64,000 nt of DNA, taken from positions 329,716,001 to 329,780,000 of the forward strand of contig OZ024742.1 of NCBI GenBank assembly GCA_964016885.1, in the 5' to 3' direction. This DNA is from Eledone cirrhosa (Eukaryota). A model generated the notes under the pieces. The model made no database searches. It worked only from the letters and a program-made list of their open reading frames with translations, and was not told the origin of the DNA. Below are positions 53,403 to 64,000 of this stretch, one piece after another; position 1 is the stretch's first letter, and each line of letters begins with the position of its first letter. Made by a program: the position numbers and the translations under genes.

Positions 53403-56302
53403 TGTCCACATTGACACATTCGGGAAATCCAATCGGTACCTGTCAGACATTTCAAAACGCCTGAGCAGGTTGGTGAGGCTCTTGCACCCTCCTCCCCTAT
53501 CCGCTAATCCCACACAGTCCCAACGTGCATCTAAGATCCCGTTCCAGTCGCCCACTTACACTAAAGAGCGGGACGTTTCAAGAAAGGTCTCCAGACGCCG
53601 GAAGAAATCAGGCCGCCCTGCTCCTGTCGGGGCATAGACGGCCACTAGCCTCAAAGCTTTCCCGTCTCAGCTGGTCACGTCCAGCACCACCAACTTACCT
53701 TCTGGGTCCAGGAGGATGGCCCGTATGGCGAGATCCAAACCTCTCCAAAAATGCACTGCAACTCCTCCCGGACGGCTGGGAGCTTCGTACACATCGTAGC
53801 CGCCGAAGATCGGCGCGAAGGCCCGTGCTTCAGAGATTCTGGTATCGCTGATGGACACTACATCTATGTTTAGTGACCTGAGGTCGTTGAGCAGGTGGAC
53901 CTGCTTCCATGATGACCTCAATCCACGCGCATTTATGCTGCCTATTCTGAGTGAGGTCATGTTGAAATGGAGTGGAAAAGATGGGAAAGACCACTTCCCT
54001 TACTTCTCGTAGAGGAAGGATGGTTTCTCCATCCCTTTTCACTTGATCATCTGGTGAAAGGACCGTTGAATCGTCCCTTCGGCTGGTCGTCAGCTCTTCT
54101 ATGAGTATATCCGAATATACTCTCCGGTTGAGAGTCCCTCCTTGGTCTCTGAAATGACCAACTGCGTTGGGGAATTTCGTTTTAATGTTTGTGTATTGTT
54201 TCTGTGCTATTTTTAGCAGTCTTATGTTAGTTGGCGTTTCGATTGGTGCTGGTATTATGTAGTCGTGCTGTGAAATGTATGTGTGTTCAATTATGTAAGT
54301 CATTAATTTCTTGCTGTGTGTATTTATTGCCGTGCATTTGTTTTTCTGGTTGTGGGATGTGGTTCTGCTATTTTAGTGTCGTTGTTGCTGGGTGTGTGTG
54401 TTTTGTTGTCTTGGTGGTGTTAAAGGTGTTGTTGATGTTGGCTGTGGGGTTGTCGCCGGTGGTGATGGTGTTGGTGGTGTTGCTGCTGTAAGTCTCTTTG
54501 CAGTAGCCTTTACCTTTCTTCATTTCTTTCCTCTCTTTTCGAAGGCGACGATGCGCTGCTTGTGCGTTTGTGCTTTCTCGCGACCCTTTGCCATCTCTCT
54601 CCGACCACTCATTCCATGTCTGATTCTGTGAGGTTGGGGAGGGGTACAAGCTCCACTCTTTCACTTGTTCTTGTTGCTGATGGTTGCAGTGGAGTCTCTG
54701 TTGCAGCTGCAGTTGGTATTACTGTTGTTGTTGTTAATACTTACACTGCTGCTGCTGTTCTTCATTCCGAGGCGTGGGTTTGGGTGCCACGTACCTATCT
54801 CTCGTGCTTGCCGGCTGTCCTTTTGCTGGTAGCAGTGGAACCGGTTTCGGAAGGAGGGGCGTTTTCTCCTTTCTCAGGGTTTTCTCGTTGCAGAAGGCCC
54901 TGAGGTGAGTATTCGACCCACAGCGAAAGCATTTCGGGTGTTGCCCTTAACACTTATGGGTAGTTGAGTGCCGTTATCGAAGTCTATCTCATCCGGGATA
55001 GATTTGATGTACTCCTGGTTGGTTTGGATTAACATCTCAATGGAGGTGCCGACGCAATATTCTCGTACTTTTTCTGTACTTGCAGTACAGTTGTTTTGTC
55101 CTCGATTTCCGACGAGCACAGACGCGGCCAGCCAAGAAGGGGCCATCCCGGGTGGGGGGGGGGGGGGGCGGTCAGTTTGACTCTCACAATTTTTTGCACG
55201 CAGTAGGAGGACACCAACACCATTTCCTCGCTCATTAGGGTCACTAAACATTGAGCCTTTGCTTCCTGGGGTGTGGCAAAAAGCACGTCTACGGTTGCAT
55301 ATTTCTTGCCTCGGGTGATGTGCGTTTTCCGTTGCCACACAGACCCTATGGCTTTTTGTATTTGAGCTTTTGTGGCTCTTTCAACCCTACGGGATTTTGT
55401 ACTTACTATACGGTACGTGACCGTACAGTGCTGTTGGGTTTCGAAAAATGTTTCGGCTGCCTTGCTGATTGCTCGGTGTCAGGTTTTCGTCACCATTTTC
55501 TTTGCTTCCTGTAATTCCTCATTTGTTAACCTGGATGGTTTCCAGGTTCTTTGCGATACCTGCAAATGAGATTGGTTTTTCTTTCTTGTTGTTGTTGTCG
55601 TCAGAGCTGATGTTACTTTCGTTGTTGCTGCAGGTACTACGACTACTGCCGCCGCCTCTGTTGCTGTGGTTGTTGTTGTTGTTGCTGCTGCTAATGCTGT
55701 TGTTGTTTATGCTGCTCATGATGCTGTTGCGGCTGCTACTGTTGTTTTCATTGTCACTGTTGCTGCTGCTGTGGTTATTACGGCTGCTACTGCTATTATT
55801 CATGACGTCAGACGAATGAAATGGCTTTCCGCATTTACCGCACACATCTTTCGTCGTTGTCGTCGTCGTGGAGAAATGTTCCTCGGTTTGCACGTGCTCT
55901 TGGAAACTATTAGAAACTATATCTTTCTATTTCTTTACTGGCGTCGCATGCGAAAGAGAAGGGAGGAACAGAGACACATTTAGAGAAGGGAGGGAGAGAG
56001 ACAATCTTCTATCTGGTGTATTAACGATTGAGGAAGAAGAAGACGGAATGAGTGGGAGTGACTTGTGAACATTATTTTTTGTAGCCATGTTTTTTGGGGT
56101 TTAAAGTGAATATTGGACACAAAACCCCAATAAGCGGTTATTTAACACCGAAGGGCCAAATATCGGGCAGAAAGACTCCTCTCACGAGGAGGAGGGTGTT
56201 TTTGTCTACAATTTGGTTAAAGTTTTAAACAATTTACAATTGTTATAGCATCTAAAATTTACTATACCTTACAGAGCCGAGCTTCCGTCAACAATGGCAT
56301 TC
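53403..56302 (-). mobile_element. Tx1/L1-type copy F (type-A 5' UTR/ORF1 plus start of APE; 3' part missing)
   Basis: ORF2 start at 53960 (MTSLRIGSINARGL) and ORF1 fragments. The 5' end GAATGCCATTGTTGACGG abuts (AAT)n at 56303-56364. Confidence 0.88.
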
Positions 56303-56364
<62 letters not shown>

Positions 56365-57070
56365 GAGCAGGCCCTCAATACGAAGTGGCTGAAAGACCAT
56401 ATTTACATGGAGGAGGCTAGCCCACTGTGTAGGATGGGTGGAGAGAGAGAGGAGACTGTGGCTCACATTGTATCCGAGTGTAAACACCTAGCCCAGACAC
56501 ACTATAAAGGCTGGAGACATGATGGGCAGGGTGATCCACTGGCACCTGTACAAAGTAAACAATTTACCACATTCTGAGAAGTGGTATGAGCATAAGCCAG
56601 AGGCGGTGATAGAAAACGATCAGGTGAAGGTGCTGTGGGAGTTTAGGATACAGACGGACATGAAACTGGAACACAATAGACCTGACGTGGTTGTTTTGGA
56701 CAAGGAAAAAAATCGTGACTGATTGTGGATGTAGCCTGCCCATTTGACACAAGAGTGTAAGAGAAGGAGAGGGAGAATATTAAACAATACCAGGACTTAA
56801 AGTGGGAGGTAAAAAGGATTTGGAACTGCCATGAAGTCAAAGTGGGCCCGATTATCATAGGCGCACTAGATAGTATCTCAAAGAGTTTCCAAGGATGGTT
56901 AAAGAAAATTGGTTCCGCCCCGCTTTTTGGAACACTTCAAAAGGCATGCTTGCTGGGAACAGCAAGAACCCTGCGATACATCCTGAATATCTGAGGCTGG
57001 AGGTAGTGGCTTGATATTCATTTCAACAAACTTTCCAGTTAAATAACATCAATGACTGAGACTCAAAGAA
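56365..57070 (+). mobile_element. 3' fragment of R4/Dong family 2 (CCHC/RLE region plus 3' UTR)
   Basis: Matches 60364-61067. Motifs HNRPDVVVLD and LLGTARTLRYILNI* (stop 56994). (AAT)n on both sides. Confidence 0.88.
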
Positions 57071-57071
57071 C

Positions 57072-57109
<38 letters not shown>

Positions 57110-57120
57110 TAATAATAATA

Positions 57121-57437
57121 AAGAAAAACCAGCAAATGGAAATCTCCAGGAAAAAAAAAACCAAATTTTTGGATAAATGCCTTCACAGAGTCTCATGAGT
57201 TGTTAGCCCAATTTTACAATGAAATAGTTAAGGAGCAGAAAGGATACTAATGGGAACTGCCCATATAATAAGGAAGATTCTGTCAATATAAGTACATCAC
57301 AAGTCTAAACACCTAAAGATGCATGTGTGCGTATGTATGTTCTTTCTTGAACATGGCGCACCTTGTTGTCTCTTGAGATCAATGGTTATGACTTGCTGAT
57401 AACTAGTATGAACATAAAGCAAGGAAAATGCAACTGC

Positions 57438-57438
<1 letters not shown>
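57121..57438 (+). mobile_element. Short internally deleted derivative of R4/Dong family 1 (the 8.7-11.7 kb element)
   Basis: 57121-57240 matches RKTSKWKSPG..NFWINAF.ESHELLAQ.YNEIVKE. 57241-57438 matches ..LMGTAHI.RKILSI* plus the 3' UTR (reverse complement of 8657-8845). (AAT)n on both sides. Confidence 0.85.
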
Positions 57439-57483
<45 letters not shown>

Positions 57484-57485
<2 letters not shown>

Positions 57486-60400
57486 GTCACGTGGAGTGAC
57501 CAAACCACCGGAGACAAGTAATTCACCGGTGGTTATGTAACCATACATTCGCCAATCCTCGATAAGAGTGTTTAAATGTCGAAACTAAACAGTTCGAATA
57601 ACGGTGAAATGGAGACTAGAAGTTCATGTGACAGACTCTCACCCAACAGGTGCTACCTGGCTCAGCAGCAGGGTCCTGGCTATCAACAAAATACTGCTGG
57701 TGTCGGAGGAAGAAGAAGAAGGAAAGGGACCAGAACCAACTGGACGAAATAATTGAATAGAACTGTTATGCAATGATACCTGAAGAGTAACCCCAAGGAG
57801 AAAGGCTATAGGAAACGGATGCATAACTTCTGGAACGAGATTGGTCCATTTAAATTAGATGAACCAAAACTGGCCGGGCAGGCTCCGGTAATAAGAACTA
57901 ATGGGTGGATAAGCGAGCTGGAACTGGAGGAACTGAGCAGAGAGATTAGCTTGGAGATGGAGGGTGGAGTATGCCAGGCAAACGTGCCAGTGGGAAATGA
58001 AGGTGAAGAGGTCGAGAGAACGGAGGAACCACCCCAAACAGACAATGATCTGAATGCTGAGATAAATAATACCTGGTACAGAGATACGACATTGAGGAGA
58101 TGAATGCTGACGGGCTAGGGCAAGATTTGGGAGATATCCTAAACTTAGTGGTAGATGAATTGAACAATGATAGTGGGAGACTTATGAACCTAAGATTTGT
58201 AGACAGGAAAAAGTTAAAAGAAACAACAGCTAAGGGAAACAAAGTCATCCCATACCGTGAGGCGAGGAGCCTTCAACAGTGAAACAATATCCTCAAAGCA
58301 ACAGCAAATACGGTGAGTAAACTACTTGGTATAAAAGCGAGAGGAAACAACAGACAAGAAAGAGCAGAGCCTTGGTGGAAGAAACGACTGAGTGGTCAAA
58401 TCAGGGAAATGAGAAATGACATTGGAAAGCTTGAGTCCCTACTGAATGGGACACTCAAAAACATAGACACTAAAATTAGACTGGAAATAAAGTACACAAC
58501 TAGGAGGAAAAAGCTAAATATTATCATAGAGGAACTGAAGCAACGCATTGTAGCAAAGAGTGCAAAAATCAGACGATACGAGAACAGAGTCAGCCAGTAT
58601 AGACAGAACCGCATGTTCGACAACAACCAGAATATGCTGTTTGGACAGATTGAAGGGAAAGAAAGAGGCAACGACTTGATCCCTGAGGCGGAACAAACTA
58701 AAACATTCTGCAGAGGAATATGGGAGCAGGATGTTAAGCATAATGACCAGGCAGTGTGGATTGAGACAGTACAGAAGGAGATCAGTGAACAGGCACACCA
58801 ACAAACTGATTTGAGTATCACAGTTGAAACTCTTAAGTGGCAGGCCAAAAAACTAACCAACTGGAAATCACCAGGCCCAGATGGTGTGCAGGGGTATTGG
58901 ATTAAAAACATAACATCCCTCCACCCGAAACTGACAACCATGTTCAATGACTGCTTGATGTCAGGTGAGGTACCAGAGTGGTTGACAAAAGGTACCACAG
59001 TTCTGATAATGAAAGATCGAATCAAGGGTAATGATGTTACCAACTATAGACCTATCACATGTCTGTCCGTAATGTGGAAACTGTTGACAAGCTTTATGTC
59101 TGAGGAAATCTACCATCACCTCCACACAAACAACTTGTTACCGGACGAACAGAAAGGATGCCGAAAGAAGTCACGTGGTACAAAGGACCAGTTACTTATT
59201 GATAAGATGTTAATGAGGAATTGCAAGAGGAGACATACTGGTCTTGCCATGGGATGGATAGACTACAAAAAGGCATTTGACATGGTGCCTCATTCTTGGA
59301 TCACCAAAAGCCTGGAGATCTTCAAGGTGGCAGATAACATCAGACGGTTGTTGGGCAAAAGTATGAAGTCCTGGGAAACAGAGTTAACATCAAATGGAGA
59401 ATCCTTGGGAAGCGTGAAGATCAAGAGAGGTATCTTCCAGGGAGATAGTCTGTCCTCTCTGTTGTTTGTCCTTGCCCTGACGCCCCTGACCAGTGTACTG
59501 CGAAAAGTGAGAGCAGGATACAGGTAGGGAAAGGGTGGGCTTACCATCAATCACCTCCTCCTCATGGACGATCTTAAGCTCTTCGGGAAGAGTGAGAAGG
59601 AGTTGGATGTACTTGTTGACACTGTCCGTATTTTCAGAAATGATATATGTATGCAATTTGGTATTAGTAAGTGTGGAGTCATTGTGATGAGGAGGGGTAA
59701 GTTGAGCAGAGGTAACGGAATCCAGATACCAACAGGTGATATGATAAAGGAAATTGACTCTGAGGAAGGATACAAGTATTTGGGTGTTCTGGAGGCTGAT
59801 GGCATCAAGAACAAAAAAAGGAAGGAATTGATAAGAACTGATTACCTTCGGAGAGTAAGGAGTGTGTTAAAATCACATCTGAACAGTAGGAATGCCATAA
59901 GTGCAGTAACTTCCCGAGCTGTGTCTATTATTAGGTACAGTGCGGGAATTCTGAGATGGAATGTTGATGAACAAAAAGAAATGGATAAGAAGACTAGGAA
60001 GCTATTGACTATCTACAATATGTTCCACAAGAGGAGTGATGTCGATAGACTCTACTTAAGGAGATCTGAAGGTGGAAGAGGTCTTATCATTATAGAGGAC
60101 TGTGTTCAGATGGAGAAAACAACCTACACAAATACGTGACTGATAGTAAGGAGCCAATGCTCAGAACTGTACTGAAGGAGGAGGCAATAGGCCAGAGGAT
60201 GTCCAAGGAGGAAATAACATCAAGGAGAAAGAGCAGCCTCCAGGAAAAATCCCTTCATAGTACCTTCTTTGAGAAAACTGAATTTAGAGATCCACAGACA
60301 TGGAAATAGTTTAAAAGAGGAGACCTTAAAAAGGCTACAGAAGGAATGTTAATGGCTGCGCAGGAGCAAGCCCTCAAAACGAAGTGGTTGAAACACCACA

Positions 60401-61067
60401 TTTACAAGGAGGAGGCTAGCCCACTGTGCAGGATCTGTGGAGAGAGAGCGGAGACTGTGGCTCACATTGTATCCGGGTGTAAACACCTAGCCCAGACTCA
60501 CTATAAGGGCTGGAGACATGATGTGATGGGCAGGGTGATCCACTGGCACCTATGCAAAGTAAACAATTTACCACATTCTGAGAAGAGGTATGAGCATAAG
60601 CCAGAGGCGGTGATAGAAAACGATGAGGTGAAGGTGCTGTAGGATTTTAGGATACAGACGGACAAGAAACTGCAACACAATAGACCTGACCTGGTGGTTT
60701 TGGACAAAGAAAAAGGATTGCGCCTGATTGTGGATGGGGCCTGCCCATTCGACACGAGAGTGCAAGAGAAGGAGAGGGAGAAAATTAACCGATACCAGGA
60801 CTTAAAGTAGGAGGTAAAAAGGATTTGGAACTGCCATGAAGTCAAAGTGATCCCGATTAAGCGCACTAGGGACTATCTCAAAAAGTTTCCAGGGATGGTG
60901 AAAGAAAATTGGCCCCTTCACGGTTTTTGGAACGCTCAAAAGGCATGCTTGCTGGGAACAGCAAGAACCCTCCGAAACGTCCTGAATATCTGAGGCTGCA
61001 GGTGGTGGCTTGATATTTATTTCAACAAACTTTCCCGTTAACTAACATCAATGACTGAGACTCTAAA
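57484..61067 (+). mobile_element. R4/Dong family 2, apparently full length, with multiple stops and frameshifts
   Basis: N-terminal GYRKRM..W...LAGQ..WISELELE, then KSPGPDG, NYRPITCL, WIDYKKAFD, GIFQGDSLS, LMDD, YKYLG, CRIC..HIVSGC, RHD, RPD. Final stop at 60993. (AAT)n at 57439-57483 and 61068-61147. Confidence 0.9.
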
Positions 61068-61147
<80 letters not shown>

Positions 61148-61149
<2 letters not shown>

Positions 61150-61502
61150 TGGATTGTGGATGTGGCTTGGCCATACGACACGAGAGTGCAAGAGAAGGAG
61201 AGGGAGAAAATTAACCGATACCAGGACTTAAAGTGGGAGGTACAAAGGATTTGGAATTGCCATGATGTCAAAGTCATCCCGATTGTCATAGGCGCACTAG
61301 GGACTATCTCAAAAAGTTTCCAGGGATGGTTAAAGAAAATTGGCCCCTTCACGCTTTTTGGAACGCTTCAAAAGTCATGCTTGCTGGGAACAGCAAGAAC
61401 CCTCCGATACGTCCTGAATATCTGAGGCTGCAGTTAGTTGCTTGATATTCATTTCAACAAACTTTCCAGTTAACTCACATCAATGACTGAGACTCAAAGA
61501 GT
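61148..61502 (+). mobile_element. Short 3' fragment of R4/Dong family 2
   Basis: WIVDVAWPYD..EKINRYQDL..IVIGALG..LLGTARTLRYVLNI* plus 3' UTR. Confidence 0.88.
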
Positions 61503-61525
61503 AATAACAACAATAATAATAATAA

Positions 61526-64000
61526 GGATTTCTTTATTGGCCACAAGGGCTGATATCAAGAAAAACATCACAGACAGAACAGGACGGTACGATGTGGTTT
61601 TTGTGCGTGTAAATATTTTTATTATTTATATAAGAAAAGAAAAGACATAAAACATATATATATATATATATATATAAACAATAAAATGAAAATTGAAACA
61701 ATGAAAAATTCCCCAATAGGGGGGAAACCTCCGAGGGTTACTCGTGGCAAAACCAACACAAAAGACTACAGCCACCCTGACTACCAGGGCAAGCGCCCTC
61801 TCTCAATTTTTCCATCTCAGACCATTCTCGCTACTTTTACCCACCTTTCAACAAACTTGCTAGAAAGCAGCACTTGCCTCTCCACCCTGATTTTCCTCTT
61901 CAAGTGAAACTTGAAAAAGTTAATCAGGGATTCGCCGAATAGGAAAGTGTTTGTCTTTAATAATTTTAACCTTGTCCACCACACAATCTTTTTCGCCATG
62001 GCCACCAGGCAGATGAAAACCGCCTGCCCTTCCTCCTCAAAGGAAGACGGCGAGACCATCTGCACAATGGACTCAGTCGACAACCGGATTAGTCCCACAC
62101 GTGATAGCAACTGTTCGACATAGCTCCACAAGTCAGCAATGCTCGGGCACTGAACGAGTGCGTGCACAACGGTTTCGTCGCTATGCGCGCATCTCGGACA
62201 AGATCGGCTGACGGCACTTCCGTGCCTGTAGAGCTTATCTCGAACCGGCAGCGCTCCCCGGTAGCACTGCCAGGCCAGGGATTTTTGGAAGTTATCCATA
62301 GGCCCCAGGCTGAAAGTTCTCCGGAAGAGGGCAAGCAGCTGATCTTCTTCGACGCCCAGGATCTCTCCGAGAACGTCGTCGCTCTTCCCCTCCACCAGTC
62401 CTGTATAGAACGCCGAGGTGGATGTTCCACCGATACTGGTGTCCAACTGGGAGAGGGCAGTGAGCGCCTGGAGACATTCCAGTTTCCAAGCGCTATCCCT
62501 CGGTCCTTTTCTGACCAGGACTGCAGCTCCGTCAAGGAGACGAGCTGTGAGAAAATGTGCCTGGCGAACGGCGACCACACCCGTTCACAATCAAGGAAGC
62601 ACCTGATTTATCGCAGCCTCAGTGCATGTTTGCGCATCATCAGCCATGGCATGCCCAGTCCTCCACGCAACGGATGTTGACAGCAGATGGATCGTCTGAC
62701 CATGGGAGCGCGTGCCTTCCACAAAAAGCGGAAGAGGAGGCGCTCCACTTTGGTGAGAGTTGGGCTGGAGCAAGGGACGACGGTGAGGCAGTAGCAGATG
62801 ACGGATGCGATGTACACATTCGCCACTTCCGCCCGGCCTTTCAGGAACAGCTTCCTCTCAGCCCATTTCTGGGTGAGGGAGGCCACACTGCTCGTCACCT
62901 CGTTCCAGTTTTTCTCCATCTGGAGGTCCGGTCCGAACGAGACCCCAAGCTATTCAACCGGTCCGTCCGACCATCGCCCCACGACGCTGTCGGACGGCAT
63001 GGACTTGCCTCTCCAGGTGCCTAGCTTCAAGCCCACCGACTTTTCCTGGTTTATCTTTGCTCTTGTCACCGTTTCGTATTCCTTGAGAGCGGTGCCGAGC
63101 ATCTGGGCGTGTCTGGTGCTCGACACCACCACGGTGACGTCGTCAGCGTAAGCCGACTCAGATTTCCCGCATCCTAGTTCGCATGGGACGCCCCTCATCA
63201 CCCCCAGTTTGTTCAGTAACGGCTCGAGAGCCAATACGTACAAGAGGGACGAGAGGGGACAACCCTGGCGGACTGAGCGCATGATGCTGAACGGCTGCGA
63301 CAGGTGACCATTCACCCTCACAACTGAGCAGATGTCGCTGTACATTGCTGCGATGCAACGCCTGAAAACTGGCCCGAAACCGGCTGCCTCGAGGACCGCC
63401 GCCAGTTACCGATGGTCGACCCTATCGAATGCTTTGGATTGATCCAAGTTGATCAGGGCCCCACCCTTGCCAGGTTCCTTAACCACCCTCTCTATGATGT
63501 ATCGCATGAGGTGGAGGTTGTCGTGTATTGATCTGTCCGGGATGGCGCATGTCTGCGCCTCTCCCACCAGACCCTTGACGACAAGCGCCAACCTCGTTGC
63601 TAACACCTTGGACAAAATCTTGAACTCTGCGTTTAGCAGAGTTATGACCTGAAATTATCAATAACATCCCCCTTGTTCGGGTCTTTTCTCAGCAGCGCCA
63701 CTGCTCCCCGGCTCACAAAACTGGGAATGTTCCCGTTCTGCTGCCAGTTGCAGTAGATGTCTGCCAAGAGGTCACCGAACAAGTCTGGCATAAATGCATA
63801 AAGCTCGTATGGCAGACCATCTAAATCTGGCGATTTACCTCTTGTGCAGTTAGCCATCGCTTCCTGTATTTCACCGGCTGTTATTGGCTTTTTGCAACAC
63901 TGTGCTGCGGTCGTCGAGAGCCGAGGCAGTCCGTCGAGGTATGCACTGAAGTCCATGTCCCGATCCGGCCCGCCGCCGCTCCCGAACAGTTCAGCAAAGT
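61526..64000 (-). mobile_element. Tx1/L1-type copy G (more diverged subfamily), runs off the window
   Basis: RT fragments (LDQSKAFD, RQGCPLS, YADD), CPRC..HALVQC, and AATAAA followed by a short (TTA)n tail at 61503-61525. Confidence 0.9.

Noticed and set aside
57765-57785. TGA at a likely conserved Cys (MQ*YL) in Dong family 2
   Set aside because: The copy has many other stops and frameshifts, so ordinary decay explains it.
27484-63652. Numerous antisense ORFs over the Tx1 and Dong copies, and poly-L or poly-I ORFs
   Set aside because: These are shadow frames of retrotransposon ORFs or (AAT)n translations. Their recurrence reflects copy identity, not selection.
27228-64000. Telomeric retrotransposon array
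   Set aside because: No (TTAGGG)n or (TTAGG)n is present, and plus-strand Dong copies break unidirectionality. Chromosomal position cannot be judged from this window.

Overview
This is a gene-free, repeat-saturated eukaryotic window. The tRNA-derived SINEs and (TA)n density suggest a cephalopod such as Octopus (inference). It has two zones. Zone 1 (~2.1-24.4 kb) is (TA)n-rich and filled with Penelope-like elements (PLEs) with inverted pseudo-LTRs. It holds a 478-bp tandem and inverted array in which every unit has a minimal type I hammerhead ribozyme (retrozyme-like), several other PLE hammerhead families, and one open-frame R4/Dong-type non-LTR element in its own (TAA)n tract. Zone 2 (27.2-64 kb) is an uninterrupted chain of at least 11 non-LTR retrotransposon segments joined almost entirely by (AAT)n tracts. 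All Tx1/L1-type (APE) copies lie on the minus strand and end in (TTA)n. All R4/Dong-type (RLE) copies lie on the plus strand and end in (TAA)n. No host gene, rRNA, tRNA gene, CRISPR array or telomeric repeat is supported. Coordinates were read by eye and may be off by a few bases.
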